64,000 bases of DNA from an uncultured delta proteobacterium. GTDB lineage: Bacteria; Myxococcota_A; Polyangia; Polyangiales; JAFGIB01. A program made the translations under genes and the position numbers. The notes beneath the pieces were generated by a model, which saw only the letters and a list, made by a program, of their open reading frames with translations, ran no database searches and had not been told where the DNA came from. Positions 9,403-18,838 of the stretch are shown here, piece after piece (position 1 is the stretch's first letter; every line of letters begins with the position of its first letter). The stretch spans positions 640,001 through 704,000 of the forward strand of contig CAVZVA010000005.1 of NCBI GenBank assembly GCA_963778655.1, written 5' to 3'.

Positions 9403-10935
9403 ATGCCCTCTGCCGCCGAGGCCCTGCGCAGCGCGCTCGAGCGCTTCCTCTCCGGCGAGCACGCGGCGCATCTGCAGCGGCTGCGCGATCCGGGTGATGA
9501 TCAGGCTCCGCCCACGCGCGAGCAGGGCCGCTGGTTGCTCTCCGAGCGAGCGGTCGAGGCGTTGCGGGAAGCGCGCGAGAGCGGCGCGCTCGACGCCGAG
9601 CAGTCCCGCGCGATGCAGGCGCAGCTCGCCGCCGCGGGCTACCGCCTCGCGCTAGCGCCTGCCGAGCTGCGCCTGCGCCGCGCGCTGGCATCGGCGACGC
9701 TGCCCTCGGGCGGGCCGCTTTCACTGCCTCAGCTGGTCGCGCGGCTTGCGAGCGCCGACGACCACGGCCGGCGTGCGCTCGCGGCACGTGAGCTCGAACA
9801 GGTCTTGTTGCCGCCTGCGCTCGACTACCTGCGCGCGCAGCTGCAGGCCGAAGCGCCGCTGCGCGTGGCGCAGCCCGTGCCGGCGCCCGTGCACGCCGCC
9901 GAGGTCACACCGGCCGGGCAGGGTCTGCTGGTGGTGTCGGCGTTCAGCGTCGAAGCCTTGACCTCGCCGCCTGCACGCGACCTGCCTGACACCGGCTGGC
10001 TCGGCGACGCGCACGCCTTCCTGGAACGGACCGACGCCGCGGCCCACGACGCGGTGCGGCACGCCTTGCGCGCGTTCCGGCCCGGAGCGCGCATCGACTG
10101 GCACCTGCTGCTGCGCGGCCTGCGCGCGCCCGAGCTCGACTCCCGGCCCGCGGCCGACGCGCGCTGGCGACGCGTCGCGGGCTGGCTGCGCGGGCTGGGC
10201 TTTGGGCGCGAGCTTGACGCGCGCTTGCGCGCGCAGGTCGATCGCGGCGGCGCGCTTCCTCTGGCCAGTGTGATCGCGCCGGCGCCCCCGCGGGACGTGC
10301 GGGTGGCGCAAATCGCGCTCGACTACGGCGTGGCCAGCGACGTGCTGGCGACCGACGGCGTGGCGGGCGCGCTCGGGCTCGCGCTGGCCGCGCCCGCGCT
10401 GCCGCCCGAGCTGCGCTGGCCGATCGCCGGCAGCACGGCCGGCGCGCTCGGCGCGCTCGGCCTGCAGTTGCACGGCGAGCGCCAGCATCTGACACGCGTG
10501 CACGGCCTGGGCGCGGCCGAGGCCGAGCGTGTGGGCAGGCTCGCCGGCACGCTCGCGCTGCTCTACGCCCGCGCGTGGGTCGCGCTCGCGCTCGCGCCGC
10601 CCGGCCTCGCCGAGCAGGCACCGGCTCAGGCCGAGCTGCTGGCGGAGCTGCTGGGCCGCGCGCTGTGCTGCCAGCTGCCGCCCGGGATTGCGAGCCTGCT
10701 CGGCGCCGACCGCGTGCGCGCACGCGCCCGGGCCGAGGAGCTGCTGGCCGGGCTGGCGCTGCACCCCGCGCTGCGCGAGCGCTTCGACCTGGACTGGTTC
10801 CGCAACCCGCGTAGCGCGGAGCTGTTGCGCGGCATGTGCGCGCCGGGCGCCGCCCTCGCACCGGGGGTGGTGTGCGCAGAGCTTGGCAGCCCGCTTTCCG
10901 CAGCGGCGGCGCGGGCGCTCGAGCTCGTGACTTGA
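9403..10935 (+). CDS. Hypothetical protein, probably a degenerate M3/M32-peptidase-like fold lacking HExxH
   Basis: The C-terminal LRERFDLDWFRNPRSAELLR and PRDVRV segments recall myxobacterial M3-like proteins; no HExxH zinc motif is visible. Confidence 0.5.
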   Translation: MPSAAEALRSALERFLSGEHAAHLQRLRDPGDDQAPPTREQGRWLLSERAVEALREARESGALDAEQSRAMQAQLAAAGYRLALAPAELRLRRALASATLPSGGPLSLPQLVARLASADDHGRRALAARELEQVLLPPALDYLRAQLQAEAPLRVAQPVPAPVHAAEVTPAGQGLLVVSAFSVEALTSPPARDLPDTGWLGDAHAFLERTDAAAHDAVRHALRAFRPGARIDWHLLLRGLRAPELDSRPAADARWRRVAGWLRGLGFGRELDARLRAQVDRGGALPLASVIAPAPPRDVRVAQIALDYGVASDVLATDGVAGALGLALAAPALPPELRWPIAGSTAGALGALGLQLHGERQHLTRVHGLGAAEAERVGRLAGTLALLYARAWVALALAPPGLAEQAPAQAELLAELLGRALCCQLPPGIASLLGADRVRARARAEELLAGLALHPALRERFDLDWFRNPRSAELLRGMCAPGAALAPGVVCAELGSPLSAAAARALELVT

Positions 10936-10961
10936 CGGCCGTGGGCTGCGGCCAGCAGATT
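10932..10961 (+). promoter_or_regulatory. Putative sigma70-type promoter giving a leaderless pepP mRNA
   Basis: TTGACG-N18-CAGATT, 6 nt upstream of the pepP ATG; no Shine-Dalgarno. Confidence 0.45.
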
Positions 10962-10967
10962 TGCTGG

Positions 10968-12281
10968 ATGACGTCGTTGAACAGCTCCGAGTTCGCCGCC
11001 CGCCGCGCCCGCTATCTACAGGAGATGGGCCGGGGCGTGGCGATCGTTCCGGCCGCGCCGATCGCCATCCGCAACAACGACGTGGAGCACGACTACCGCC
11101 AGGACAGCGATTTCTTCTACCTGACCGGTTTCGACGAGCCGCAGAGCGTGCTGCTGCTGACCACCGAGCACAAGGAGCACCGCTGCGTGGTGTTCGTGCG
11201 CAAGCGCGACAAGGAGCGCGAGACCTGGGACGGGCCGCGCGCGGGCTTGGAGGGCGCGAAGGAATGGCTGCAGGCTGACGCCGCCTATCCGATCGAGGAG
11301 CTCGAGCAACGCCTGCCCGACTATCTCGGCGACGTGCGGCGGCTGCACTATCGGCTGGCGGTCCATCCCGAGCTCGACGCGCTGCTGTTCCGCGTGCTCG
11401 AGGTGGTGCGGCGCAAGGCACGCGCCGGGGTGGTCGCGCCCAGCGAAATCGTCGACCTCACGCGCGACCTGCACGAGCTGCGGCTGCGCAAGTCGGAGGC
11501 CGAGCTCGGGGTGATGGCCCAGGCCGCCGCGATCAGCCGCGAGGCCCACGCGCGCGCCATGCAGGTGGCCCGTCCGGGGCGCTACGAATACGAGGTCGAG
11601 GCCGAGATCCTGCGCGTGTTTCGCGCGCACGGCGCCGAGCGCCCCGCCTATGGGAGCATCGTGGGCTCCGGCCCGAACGCCACCATCCTGCACCACCGCC
11701 GCAACGACCGGCAGATGCGCGAGGGCGATCTGCTGTTGATCGACGCCGGGGCCGAGTACGGCTACTACGCCAGCGATGTCACCCGGACCTTCCCGGTCAG
11801 CGGGCGCTTCAGCGCGCCGCAGCGGGCGATCTATGAGCTGGTGCTGGAGGCCCAGCTGGCGGCGATCGAGGCGGTGCGGCCGGGGGTCCCGTACACCGAG
11901 GTGCACGAGGTGGCGCTGCGGGTGCTGGCGGCTGGCCTGATCCGGCTGGGCCTGGTCGAAGGCCCGCTGGAACAAGCGTTGGAGGAGGGCCGCTACAAGC
12001 CCTACTACATGCACCGCACCTCCCACTGGCTGGGCATGGACGTCCACGACGTGGGCGACTATTTCGCGGACAAGCAGCCGCGCAAGCTCGAGCCGGGGAT
12101 GGTGCTGACGGTCGAGCCGGGGCTGTACGTGGCCGCCGATGCCGCGGTCGAAGACAAATGGAGGGGTATCGGGGTCCGGATCGAGGACGATATCGCCGTG
12201 ACTCAAACCGGCTACCGTAACCTGACGGCCGAGATCCCGAAGGACGCCGCCGAGCTCGAGCGCGTGCTGGGTGCGAGATAG
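10968..12281 (+). CDS. pepP: Xaa-Pro aminopeptidase (aminopeptidase P, M24B)
   Basis: RNNDVEHDYRQDSDFFYLTGF, IDAGAEYGYYASDVTRT, HRTSHWLGMDVHDVG, TVEPGLY, GVRIEDD. Confidence 0.96.
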   Translation: MTSLNSSEFAARRARYLQEMGRGVAIVPAAPIAIRNNDVEHDYRQDSDFFYLTGFDEPQSVLLLTTEHKEHRCVVFVRKRDKERETWDGPRAGLEGAKEWLQADAAYPIEELEQRLPDYLGDVRRLHYRLAVHPELDALLFRVLEVVRRKARAGVVAPSEIVDLTRDLHELRLRKSEAELGVMAQAAAISREAHARAMQVARPGRYEYEVEAEILRVFRAHGAERPAYGSIVGSGPNATILHHRRNDRQMREGDLLLIDAGAEYGYYASDVTRTFPVSGRFSAPQRAIYELVLEAQLAAIEAVRPGVPYTEVHEVALRVLAAGLIRLGLVEGPLEQALEEGRYKPYYMHRTSHWLGMDVHDVGDYFADKQPRKLEPGMVLTVEPGLYVAADAAVEDKWRGIGVRIEDDIAVTQTGYRNLTAEIPKDAAELERVLGAR

Positions 12282-12305
12282 CCGGGCCCGGCGCCGCTCC
12301 GAGCG

Positions 12306-12335
12306 TTGACACGGGGCAAGCGCGCGACTAGGAAT
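12306..12335 (+). promoter_or_regulatory. Putative sigma70 promoter of the nuo operon
   Basis: Perfect -35 TTGACA followed after 17 nt by TAGGAAT (imperfect -10). Confidence 0.4.
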
Positions 12336-12405
12336 TGGGGCGCCCATCCGCTGATTTTGCTAGTCATTTCGCGGATCGGTCTTTACGCTGCGGGACCGGC
12401 TGCCG

Positions 12406-12765
12406 ATGCTCGACCAATACCTGCCAGCGCTGCTGATGCTCGCGGTCGCGGTGATCTTCGCGGTCGCGCTGTTCACGCTCACCTCATCGCTGGGCCAGAA
12501 GCACATGACCCCCGAGAAGGCCATGCCCTACGAGGCCGGCTCGGACAGCGAGGGCGCCAACCAGATCCGCCTCAGCGTGAAGTTCTACCTGACCGCGATC
12601 CTGTTCGTGGTCTTCGACATCGAGGCCGTGTTCCTCTTCCCATGGGCGGGCATCTTTCGCAGCCTGGGCTGGTTTGGGCTGGTGGAGATGACCGCGTTCA
12701 TCCTGATCCTGGCGGTTACGCTGATCTACGCCTGGAAGAAGGGAGCGCTCGAATGGGAGAGATGA
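12406..12765 (+). CDS. nuoA: NADH-quinone oxidoreductase subunit A
   Basis: PYEAG, KFYLTAILFVVFDIEAVFLFPW, AWKKGALEW. Confidence 0.96.
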   Translation: MLDQYLPALLMLAVAVIFAVALFTLTSSLGQKHMTPEKAMPYEAGSDSEGANQIRLSVKFYLTAILFVVFDIEAVFLFPWAGIFRSLGWFGLVEMTAFILILAVTLIYAWKKGALEWER

Positions 12766-13313
12766 GCACGCAGCTGGGATCGGAGCAGTCCGGTTTCGCC
12801 GTCACGCGCTTCGACGCGCTGCTGGCGTGGGCGCGCAAGTACTCGCTGTTCCAGTATCCGTTCGTGACCGCCTGCTGTGGCATGGAGCACATGGCCACGG
12901 CCGGCGCGCGCTACGACATCGAGCGCTTCGGCGCCGGGGCGCCACGCTTCAGCCCGCGCCAGAGCGACCTGATGTGGGTGGTGGGCACGATCACGCAGAA
13001 GCAGGCCCCGGCGCTCAAGCGCATCTACGACCAGATGACCGATCCCAAGTACGTGATCGCGTTCGGTACCTGCGCCTCGTGCGGCGGCTTCTACGACAAC
13101 TACACGACGGTGCCCGGCATCGACAAGATCATCCCGGTCGACGTGTTCATTCCGGGCTGTCCTCCCCGGCCGGAGGCGGTGCTCGACGGGTTGATGCTGT
13201 TGATGGAGAAGATCAGCAACGGCGATCGCGAGCCGGCGGTGGTGCCGCCCGAGAAGCTGCCGCCGCTGGTCGAGCTGCGGCACAAGGGCGAGCCCGAAGG
13301 GCAGGGCGCGTAG
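12762..13313 (+). CDS. nuoB: NADH-quinone oxidoreductase subunit B
   Basis: TACCGME, SPRQSD, GTCASCGG, IPGCPPRPE; ATGA overlap with nuoA. Confidence 0.96.
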   Translation: MSTQLGSEQSGFAVTRFDALLAWARKYSLFQYPFVTACCGMEHMATAGARYDIERFGAGAPRFSPRQSDLMWVVGTITQKQAPALKRIYDQMTDPKYVIAFGTCASCGGFYDNYTTVPGIDKIIPVDVFIPGCPPRPEAVLDGLMLLMEKISNGDREPAVVPPEKLPPLVELRHKGEPEGQGA

Positions 13314-13359
13314 CGCCCGCGCAGCGCAAGCGACCGATGAGCCAAGTCGTCAGGTAACC

Positions 13360-14016
13360 ATGAGTCAATTCGTTCTCGACCGGCTCAAGGCCGAGCTCGG
13401 CAGCCGCGTTCTGGCCACTACCAGCTTCAGGGGCGACGACGAAGCTCTGCTCGCGCCTGCGGACTGGCGCGCGGCGGCGCTGTTTCTGCGCGACGACCCG
13501 CAGTGCGCGATGGATCACTTCCTGGCCCTGACCGCGATTGACTATCCCGAGCGCGAGCCGGAGACGCCGCGCTTCGACGTGGTGGTGTGCGTGCGCTCGC
13601 TGGAGAGGAAGCACCGCGTGCGGCTCAAGGCCCAGGTGCGCGACGGCGAGGAGCTCGATTCGCTGGTGCCGGTGTGGCAGGGCGCGGACTGGACCGAGCG
13701 CGAGTGCTACGACATGTTCGGCGTACGCTTCCGGGGGCACCCGGACCTGCGTCGCATCCTGATGTACGAGGAGTTCGTCGGCCACCCGCTGCGCAAGGAC
13801 TACCCGATCAACAAGACGCAGCCGCTGGTGCCCTACCGCGACGTGCCGCCCGCCAAGCTGGCGCCGTTCGGGCAGGACATGGGCAATCCCTTCGGACGCA
13901 TCGACTGGCTGGCGCGCATGGGCGGCCGCAACCGCCAGGTCTCGCCCGCGATCGCGGTGCAGCAGGGGCAGAAGCCGGCGCTGAGCGCCTCGAGCGAAGA
14001 CACGCCCAAGGAATGA
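13360..14016 (+). CDS. nuoC: NADH-quinone oxidoreductase subunit C
   Basis: WTERECYDMFGVRFRGHPDLRRILMYEEFVGHPLRKDYP. Confidence 0.95.
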   Translation: MSQFVLDRLKAELGSRVLATTSFRGDDEALLAPADWRAAALFLRDDPQCAMDHFLALTAIDYPEREPETPRFDVVVCVRSLERKHRVRLKAQVRDGEELDSLVPVWQGADWTERECYDMFGVRFRGHPDLRRILMYEEFVGHPLRKDYPINKTQPLVPYRDVPPAKLAPFGQDMGNPFGRIDWLARMGGRNRQVSPAIAVQQGQKPALSASSEDTPKE

Positions 14017-14064
14017 CCCGCGCGAGCGAGTCACGCGCAGCCTGAGGAGACCGCGGAGCAAGCC

Positions 14065-15642
14065 ATGCCCACCTTCAAACTGGACGGCCAGGAGATCCCG
14101 TTCGAGCCGGGCGAGACCATCATCCACGCGGCGTGGCGGCACGGTATCGAGATCCCGCACTACTGCTGGCACCCCGGCCTCTCGATTGCAGCGAACTGCC
14201 GCATGTGCCTGGTCGAGATCAAGACCGAGCGCCCGGTGATGATGCCGATCCTGAAGTGGGACGCGCAGAAGCAGCGCTACGAGCCAGCTACCAAGCCCAA
14301 GCTCGCGCCCGCCTGCCAGACGCCTGCGGTGGCGGGCCAGGAGGTGTTCGCGCGCAGCCCGGAGGCGAGCGGCGCGCACAAGCACGTGCAGGAGTTCCTG
14401 CTGCTCAACCATCCGGTCGACTGCCCGATCTGCGATCAGGCCGGCGAGTGCAAGCTGCAGGACTACTGGCTGACCAGCCAGGGCCAGCTCAAGCGCAAGC
14501 ACAGCGAGCCGGTGCACAAGCCCAAGGCGGTGCGCTTCGGGCCCACCATCGTCTACGACGGCGAGCGCTGCATCATGTGCACGCGCTGCATCCGGGTGTG
14601 CGACGAGTTGGTGGGCGACCACGTGCTCGACATGCGCGAGCGCGGCAACAAGAATGAGATCGTGGTCAGCCCGGGCCGCGAGCTCGACCACAAGTACACC
14701 TTCATGACCGAGCACGTGTGCCCGGTCGGCGCGCTGACCACGCGCGACTTCCGCTTCAAGGCGAGAGTGTGGTTCCTGCGCGCGCAGAAGAGCGTGTGCC
14801 CGGGTTGCGCCACCGGCTGCAACAGCTTCGTCGACTACGATCCGCGCGACAACCGCGTCTACCGCTTGCGCCCGCGCGACAACCACGAGGTCAACAAGTT
14901 CTGGATGTGCGACGACGGCATGATGAGCTACCACGCCCTGCACCAGGGGCGGGTGACCCAGGGCCGCGTGCGCAACGGCAGCGTGCGCGAGACCACGGCG
15001 CAGGACGCGCTGCGTGTCGCGGCCTCGACCTTGCAGTCGGTGCCCGGGGCCAAGCTGGCCGTGGTGCTGAGCGCGCAGCACAGCAGCGAGGACAACCTGG
15101 CGGCGGTCAAGCTGGCCTCCGCGCTGGGCGCCGACAAGCTGTACCTGGCCGCCCTGGGCGGTTGGCAGGGCGACGCGATCCTGCGCAGCAACGACAACAA
15201 CCCCAACCGCAAAGGCGCGCTGCAGGCCGCCGGGCGCGAGCTGCTGGGGTTGCCCGCGCTGCTGGCTGCGGTGGCGGCGGGCGAGGTACAGGCGGTGTTG
15301 GCACTCGGTGCCGCGTGCGCTGAGGACGCCGCGACGCTCGCGCCGCTGCGCGGGGTGAGCGTGGTCTCGCTGAGCAGCCACGCAGGCCCGCTCGGCGAGC
15401 TAGCCTCGGTGTTGGTACCGGTGGCCGCCTACGCCGAGATGGACGGTACTTTCGTCAATGCCAAGGGCATGGCACAGCGCTTCTGGCGTGCGGTCCCGCC
15501 GCCTGCAGGTGTGCGGCCGGCCTGGGAGACGCTGGCGGCGCTCGGCAAGGAGCTGGGCAAGGACCTGGGCTTTTCCCAGCTCAGTGAGCTGCGGCAGGCG
15601 CTGCCCGCGGGCGCGCCGGCGGCGGCGGAGGCGAGGGCCTGA
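14065..15642 (+). CDS. nuoG: NADH-quinone oxidoreductase subunit G (short, 525 aa)
   Basis: CWHPGLSIAANCRMC (N1b), HPVDCPICDQAGEC (N5), CIMCTRC..CPVGAL (N4), CPGCATGC (N7). Confidence 0.92.
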   Translation: MPTFKLDGQEIPFEPGETIIHAAWRHGIEIPHYCWHPGLSIAANCRMCLVEIKTERPVMMPILKWDAQKQRYEPATKPKLAPACQTPAVAGQEVFARSPEASGAHKHVQEFLLLNHPVDCPICDQAGECKLQDYWLTSQGQLKRKHSEPVHKPKAVRFGPTIVYDGERCIMCTRCIRVCDELVGDHVLDMRERGNKNEIVVSPGRELDHKYTFMTEHVCPVGALTTRDFRFKARVWFLRAQKSVCPGCATGCNSFVDYDPRDNRVYRLRPRDNHEVNKFWMCDDGMMSYHALHQGRVTQGRVRNGSVRETTAQDALRVAASTLQSVPGAKLAVVLSAQHSSEDNLAAVKLASALGADKLYLAALGGWQGDAILRSNDNNPNRKGALQAAGRELLGLPALLAAVAAGEVQAVLALGAACAEDAATLAPLRGVSVVSLSSHAGPLGELASVLVPVAAYAEMDGTFVNAKGMAQRFWRAVPPPAGVRPAWETLAALGKELGKDLGFSQLSELRQALPAGAPAAAEARA

Positions 15643-16790
15643 TGGACGCGCTGGTCTGGCTCGCCGCGATCGCGAAGATCCTGTTCGTGTTGATCATCGT
15701 GCTGACCTTCGCGCCGCTGATGGTGTGGGCCGACCGTCGGCAGAGCGCGATGATCCAGGATCGCATCGGTCCGGTCCGCGCCGGCATCCCGATCGGCGGC
15801 AAGAACATCGCGCTGGTGGGTCTGCTGCACCCGCTGGCGGATGCGCTCAAGTTCATGTGGAAGGAGGACTTCATCCCTCCCCGCGCGGACAAGTTACTGC
15901 ACGCGCTGGCGCCGATCATCTCGGTGGTGCCTGCGCTGGCGGCCTTCACCGTGATCCCCTTCGGCGACAAGGTCTACCTCGACCATCTCAATGAAGTGCT
16001 GCCGGCCAATCCCACCGGCGTGGGTATTCCGTTTCAGATCGCCTCGCTCAACGTGGGCATCCTGTTCATCTTCGCGGTCGGCGGCACCGGCGTGGTCGGC
16101 GCGGCGCTGGCCGGGTACTGCAGCGACAACAAGTACGCCCTGCTCGGCGGGCTGCGCGCCGCCAGCCAGATGGTCAGCTACGAGGTCACGCTGGGGCTGT
16201 CAGTGGTCGGCTGCTTCATGGTCTACCAATCGCTGCTGCTCGAGGACATGGTGCAGTGGCAGATGCACCACCAGATCTTCGGCATCCACCTGTGGGGCAT
16301 CCTGGTCCAGCCACTGGCGTTCATCCTGTTCTTCACCGCGTCGGTGGCCGAGACGAAACGCGTCCCCTTCGACGTGCCCGAGGGCGAGAGCGAGCTCGCC
16401 GCCGGCTACTTCACCGAGTACTCGGGGATGAAGTTCGGCATGTTCATGATGGGCGAGTACATCGAGATCGTGGCTACCAGCTGTCTGCTGACCGCGCTGT
16501 TCTTCGGCGGCTGGGACGTGCCCTTCCTGTTCCCGGACGGCCTGCACGTGCACCTGCTGGGCTGGCATATTTTCGACCTGCCGTTGACCCACCTCACGGT
16601 CACCATCCTCAACGTGCTCAACTTCATGCTCAAGGTGGTGGCGCTGTGCTGGCTCAACCTGATGGTGCGCTGGTCGCTGCCGCGCTTCCGCTACGACCAG
16701 ATCATGAGCCTGTGCTGGCGCTACATGCTGCCGCTCTCGCTGCTGAACGTATTCGTCACCGGGATGTTCATTCTGCTATGGCCAAGCTGA
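15642..16790 (+). CDS. nuoH: NADH-quinone oxidoreductase subunit H
   Basis: QDRIGP, LADALKFMWKED, NKYALLGGLRAASQMVSYE, AETKRVPFDVPEGESEL, PRFRYDQ. Confidence 0.96.
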   Translation: MDALVWLAAIAKILFVLIIVLTFAPLMVWADRRQSAMIQDRIGPVRAGIPIGGKNIALVGLLHPLADALKFMWKEDFIPPRADKLLHALAPIISVVPALAAFTVIPFGDKVYLDHLNEVLPANPTGVGIPFQIASLNVGILFIFAVGGTGVVGAALAGYCSDNKYALLGGLRAASQMVSYEVTLGLSVVGCFMVYQSLLLEDMVQWQMHHQIFGIHLWGILVQPLAFILFFTASVAETKRVPFDVPEGESELAAGYFTEYSGMKFGMFMMGEYIEIVATSCLLTALFFGGWDVPFLFPDGLHVHLLGWHIFDLPLTHLTVTILNVLNFMLKVVALCWLNLMVRWSLPRFRYDQIMSLCWRYMLPLSLLNVFVTGMFILLWPS

Positions 16791-17392
16791 TCGCCAAACC
16801 CAAGATGAACGTGCGCGAGCAGGCGTACGTGCCCGAGATCGCCAAGGGTCTGAAGCTGACCATGGGCCGCTTCTTCAAGAACGTGTTCTCGGCGCGCGAG
16901 CACGATGCCGAGGGTAACAAGCTGCTGCGGCGCGGCGACATCGACACGGTGAACTACCCCGAGGAGAAGCGCGTCTACCCGCCGCGCTTCCGCGGCGTGC
17001 ACCGGCTGACCCACCGCGCGGACGGATCGCCGCGCTGCGTGGCCTGCCTGTGCTGCAGCACGGCCTGCCCGGCGCAGTGCATTCACATCGAGGCCGCGGA
17101 GTACGGGCCGGGCGACCCGCGCCAGGGCTACGAGCGCTTTCCCAAGGTGTTCGTGATCGACGAGCTGCGCTGCATCTTCTGCGGCTACTGCGTCGAGGCC
17201 TGCCCCTGCGACGCGATCCGCATGGACAGTGGCATGCACATGCCGCCCTCCACCCAGCGCAAGCACTTCATCTTCGACAAGACCCTGCTGATGGCCATCC
17301 CCGGCGCCGACGGCAGCTTCGAAACCGCCAACCCACGCCACGAGCCCGGCGAGCCAGACTTCCCAGGCATCGACCGCGAGAAGGCACACTAG
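16778..17392 (+). CDS. nuoI: NADH-quinone oxidoreductase subunit I
   Basis: YPEEK..RFRG, CVACLCCSTACP, CIFCGYCVEACPCDAI. Confidence 0.95.
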   Translation: MAKLIAKPKMNVREQAYVPEIAKGLKLTMGRFFKNVFSAREHDAEGNKLLRRGDIDTVNYPEEKRVYPPRFRGVHRLTHRADGSPRCVACLCCSTACPAQCIHIEAAEYGPGDPRQGYERFPKVFVIDELRCIFCGYCVEACPCDAIRMDSGMHMPPSTQRKHFIFDKTLLMAIPGADGSFETANPRHEPGEPDFPGIDREKAH

Positions 17393-17490
17393 CCTGGCAG
17401 GGATGCGCGAGACCTAAGACGCAAGCTGAGGCAACTGGGCGCAGCACCCCCCGGTTGCCCTGGGGGTGGCCTCTGCTACCCTGGCGCGCC

Positions 17491-18669
17491 ATGGCGGAGC
17501 AGAAGCGACACTCCCTGACGCCCGCAGTGCACGGCGGGGAGCCCAAGCACTACGCGCACGACGCGCTCACCGCGCCGATCGTGCAGACGGCCACCTATAC
17601 CTTCGCGAATACCGCCGAGCTGGTCGAGTACATGGAGGGCCGCAAGGAGCGCGAGGAGTACGGCCGCTACGGCAACCCCACCGCTCGCCTGCTCGAAGAG
17701 CGCGTCGCCGCCCTCGAGGGCGCCGAGGACGCGGTCTGTTTCAGCAGCGGCATGGCCGCGGTCACCAGCGCCATTCTGGCCCTGGTCAAGTCCGGCGATC
17801 ACGTGATCCTGTTTGCCGACTGCTATCGGCGCACGCGCCAGTTCGTCACTCGCTTCCTGGCGCAATTCGGAGTCGAGCACACGCTGGTGCCGCCCGCCGA
17901 CGTCGAGGCGCTCGTGCAGGCGCTGCGGCCCAGCACGCGTCTGGTGATCAGCGAGGCGCCGACCAACCCTTACCTGACCGTGCCCGACCTCGCGCGCATG
18001 TCCGCGATCTGCAAGCCCAAGCGCGTCCGCACCTTGATCGACTCCACCTTCGCCACGCCCGTCAACCTCACGCCGCTCGACTACGGTATCGACCTGGTGG
18101 TGCACAGCGCCACCAAATATCTGGGTGGGCACAACGACGTGCTGGCCGGCGTGGTCACCGGAGGCGCGGGGTTGGTCTCGCTCATCCGCGACGTGCGCCA
18201 TATGATGGGCGCAGTGTGCGACGCGCACGCCGCCTTTCTGGTTCACCGCGGGCTCAAGACCCTGGCGCTGCGCGTGGCGCAGCAGAACGCTTCGGCCCAG
18301 ACGATCGCGGAGATGCTCGAGCGCCACCCCGCGGTGGCGCGAGTCTGGTACCCGGGGCTGCCCTCGCACCCCAACCACGCCAGCGCCGTGCGCCAGATGC
18401 GCGGCTTCGGCGGCGTGGTTAGCTTCGAGTTGCGCGGCGATCTCGATGCCACCTCCCGGTTCATCGACCGGCTCGAGATCCCGCGCATCGCGCCCAGCCT
18501 GGGCGGCGTCGAGAGCCTGGTCGAGCAGCCGGCGCTGATGAGCTACTTCGAGCTCACCACCGAGCAGCGCGAGGCGGTCGGCATCAAGGACAACTTGGTG
18601 CGCTACTCGGTCGGCATCGAAGACTGCGGCGATCTGATCGCGGACCTGGAACGCGCCCTGGGCCGGTAG
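17491..18669 (+). CDS. metB: Cys/Met metabolism PLP enzyme, likely cystathionine gamma-synthase
   Basis: YGRYGNPT, FSSGMAA, DSTFATP, HSATKYLGGHNDV, APSLGGVESL, RYSVGIED. Exact specificity is uncertain. Confidence 0.8.
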   Translation: MAEQKRHSLTPAVHGGEPKHYAHDALTAPIVQTATYTFANTAELVEYMEGRKEREEYGRYGNPTARLLEERVAALEGAEDAVCFSSGMAAVTSAILALVKSGDHVILFADCYRRTRQFVTRFLAQFGVEHTLVPPADVEALVQALRPSTRLVISEAPTNPYLTVPDLARMSAICKPKRVRTLIDSTFATPVNLTPLDYGIDLVVHSATKYLGGHNDVLAGVVTGGAGLVSLIRDVRHMMGAVCDAHAAFLVHRGLKTLALRVAQQNASAQTIAEMLERHPAVARVWYPGLPSHPNHASAVRQMRGFGGVVSFELRGDLDATSRFIDRLEIPRIAPSLGGVESLVEQPALMSYFELTTEQREAVGIKDNLVRYSVGIEDCGDLIADLERALGR

Positions 18670-18696
18670 ATCGGCTCAGCCTGGGCCGGACATGAA

Positions 18697-18790
18697 ACAG
18701 GAAGGCGGGAAGACGGGAAGGCTCGTCGATCCGCCTGGATAGAAGGCCGACGTGGTCTTGCGCGGCACAGCGCACTGCCCGTCTTCCTGT
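18697..18790. repeat. REP-like palindromic element with 8-bp periodic arms
   Basis: ACAGGAAG-GCGGGAAG-ACGGGAAG (18697-18720) ... CTGCCCGT-CTTCCTGT (18775-18790). Confidence 0.7.
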
Positions 18791-18838
18791 GGCTCATCCC
18801 CTGGTGGCCGGGCCGGGCACGGGTGTACACCGCAGGGC

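Noticed and set aside
17400..17490. Canonical SAM or SAH riboswitch before metB
   Set aside because: Conserved core sequences are not recognisable and the region is short
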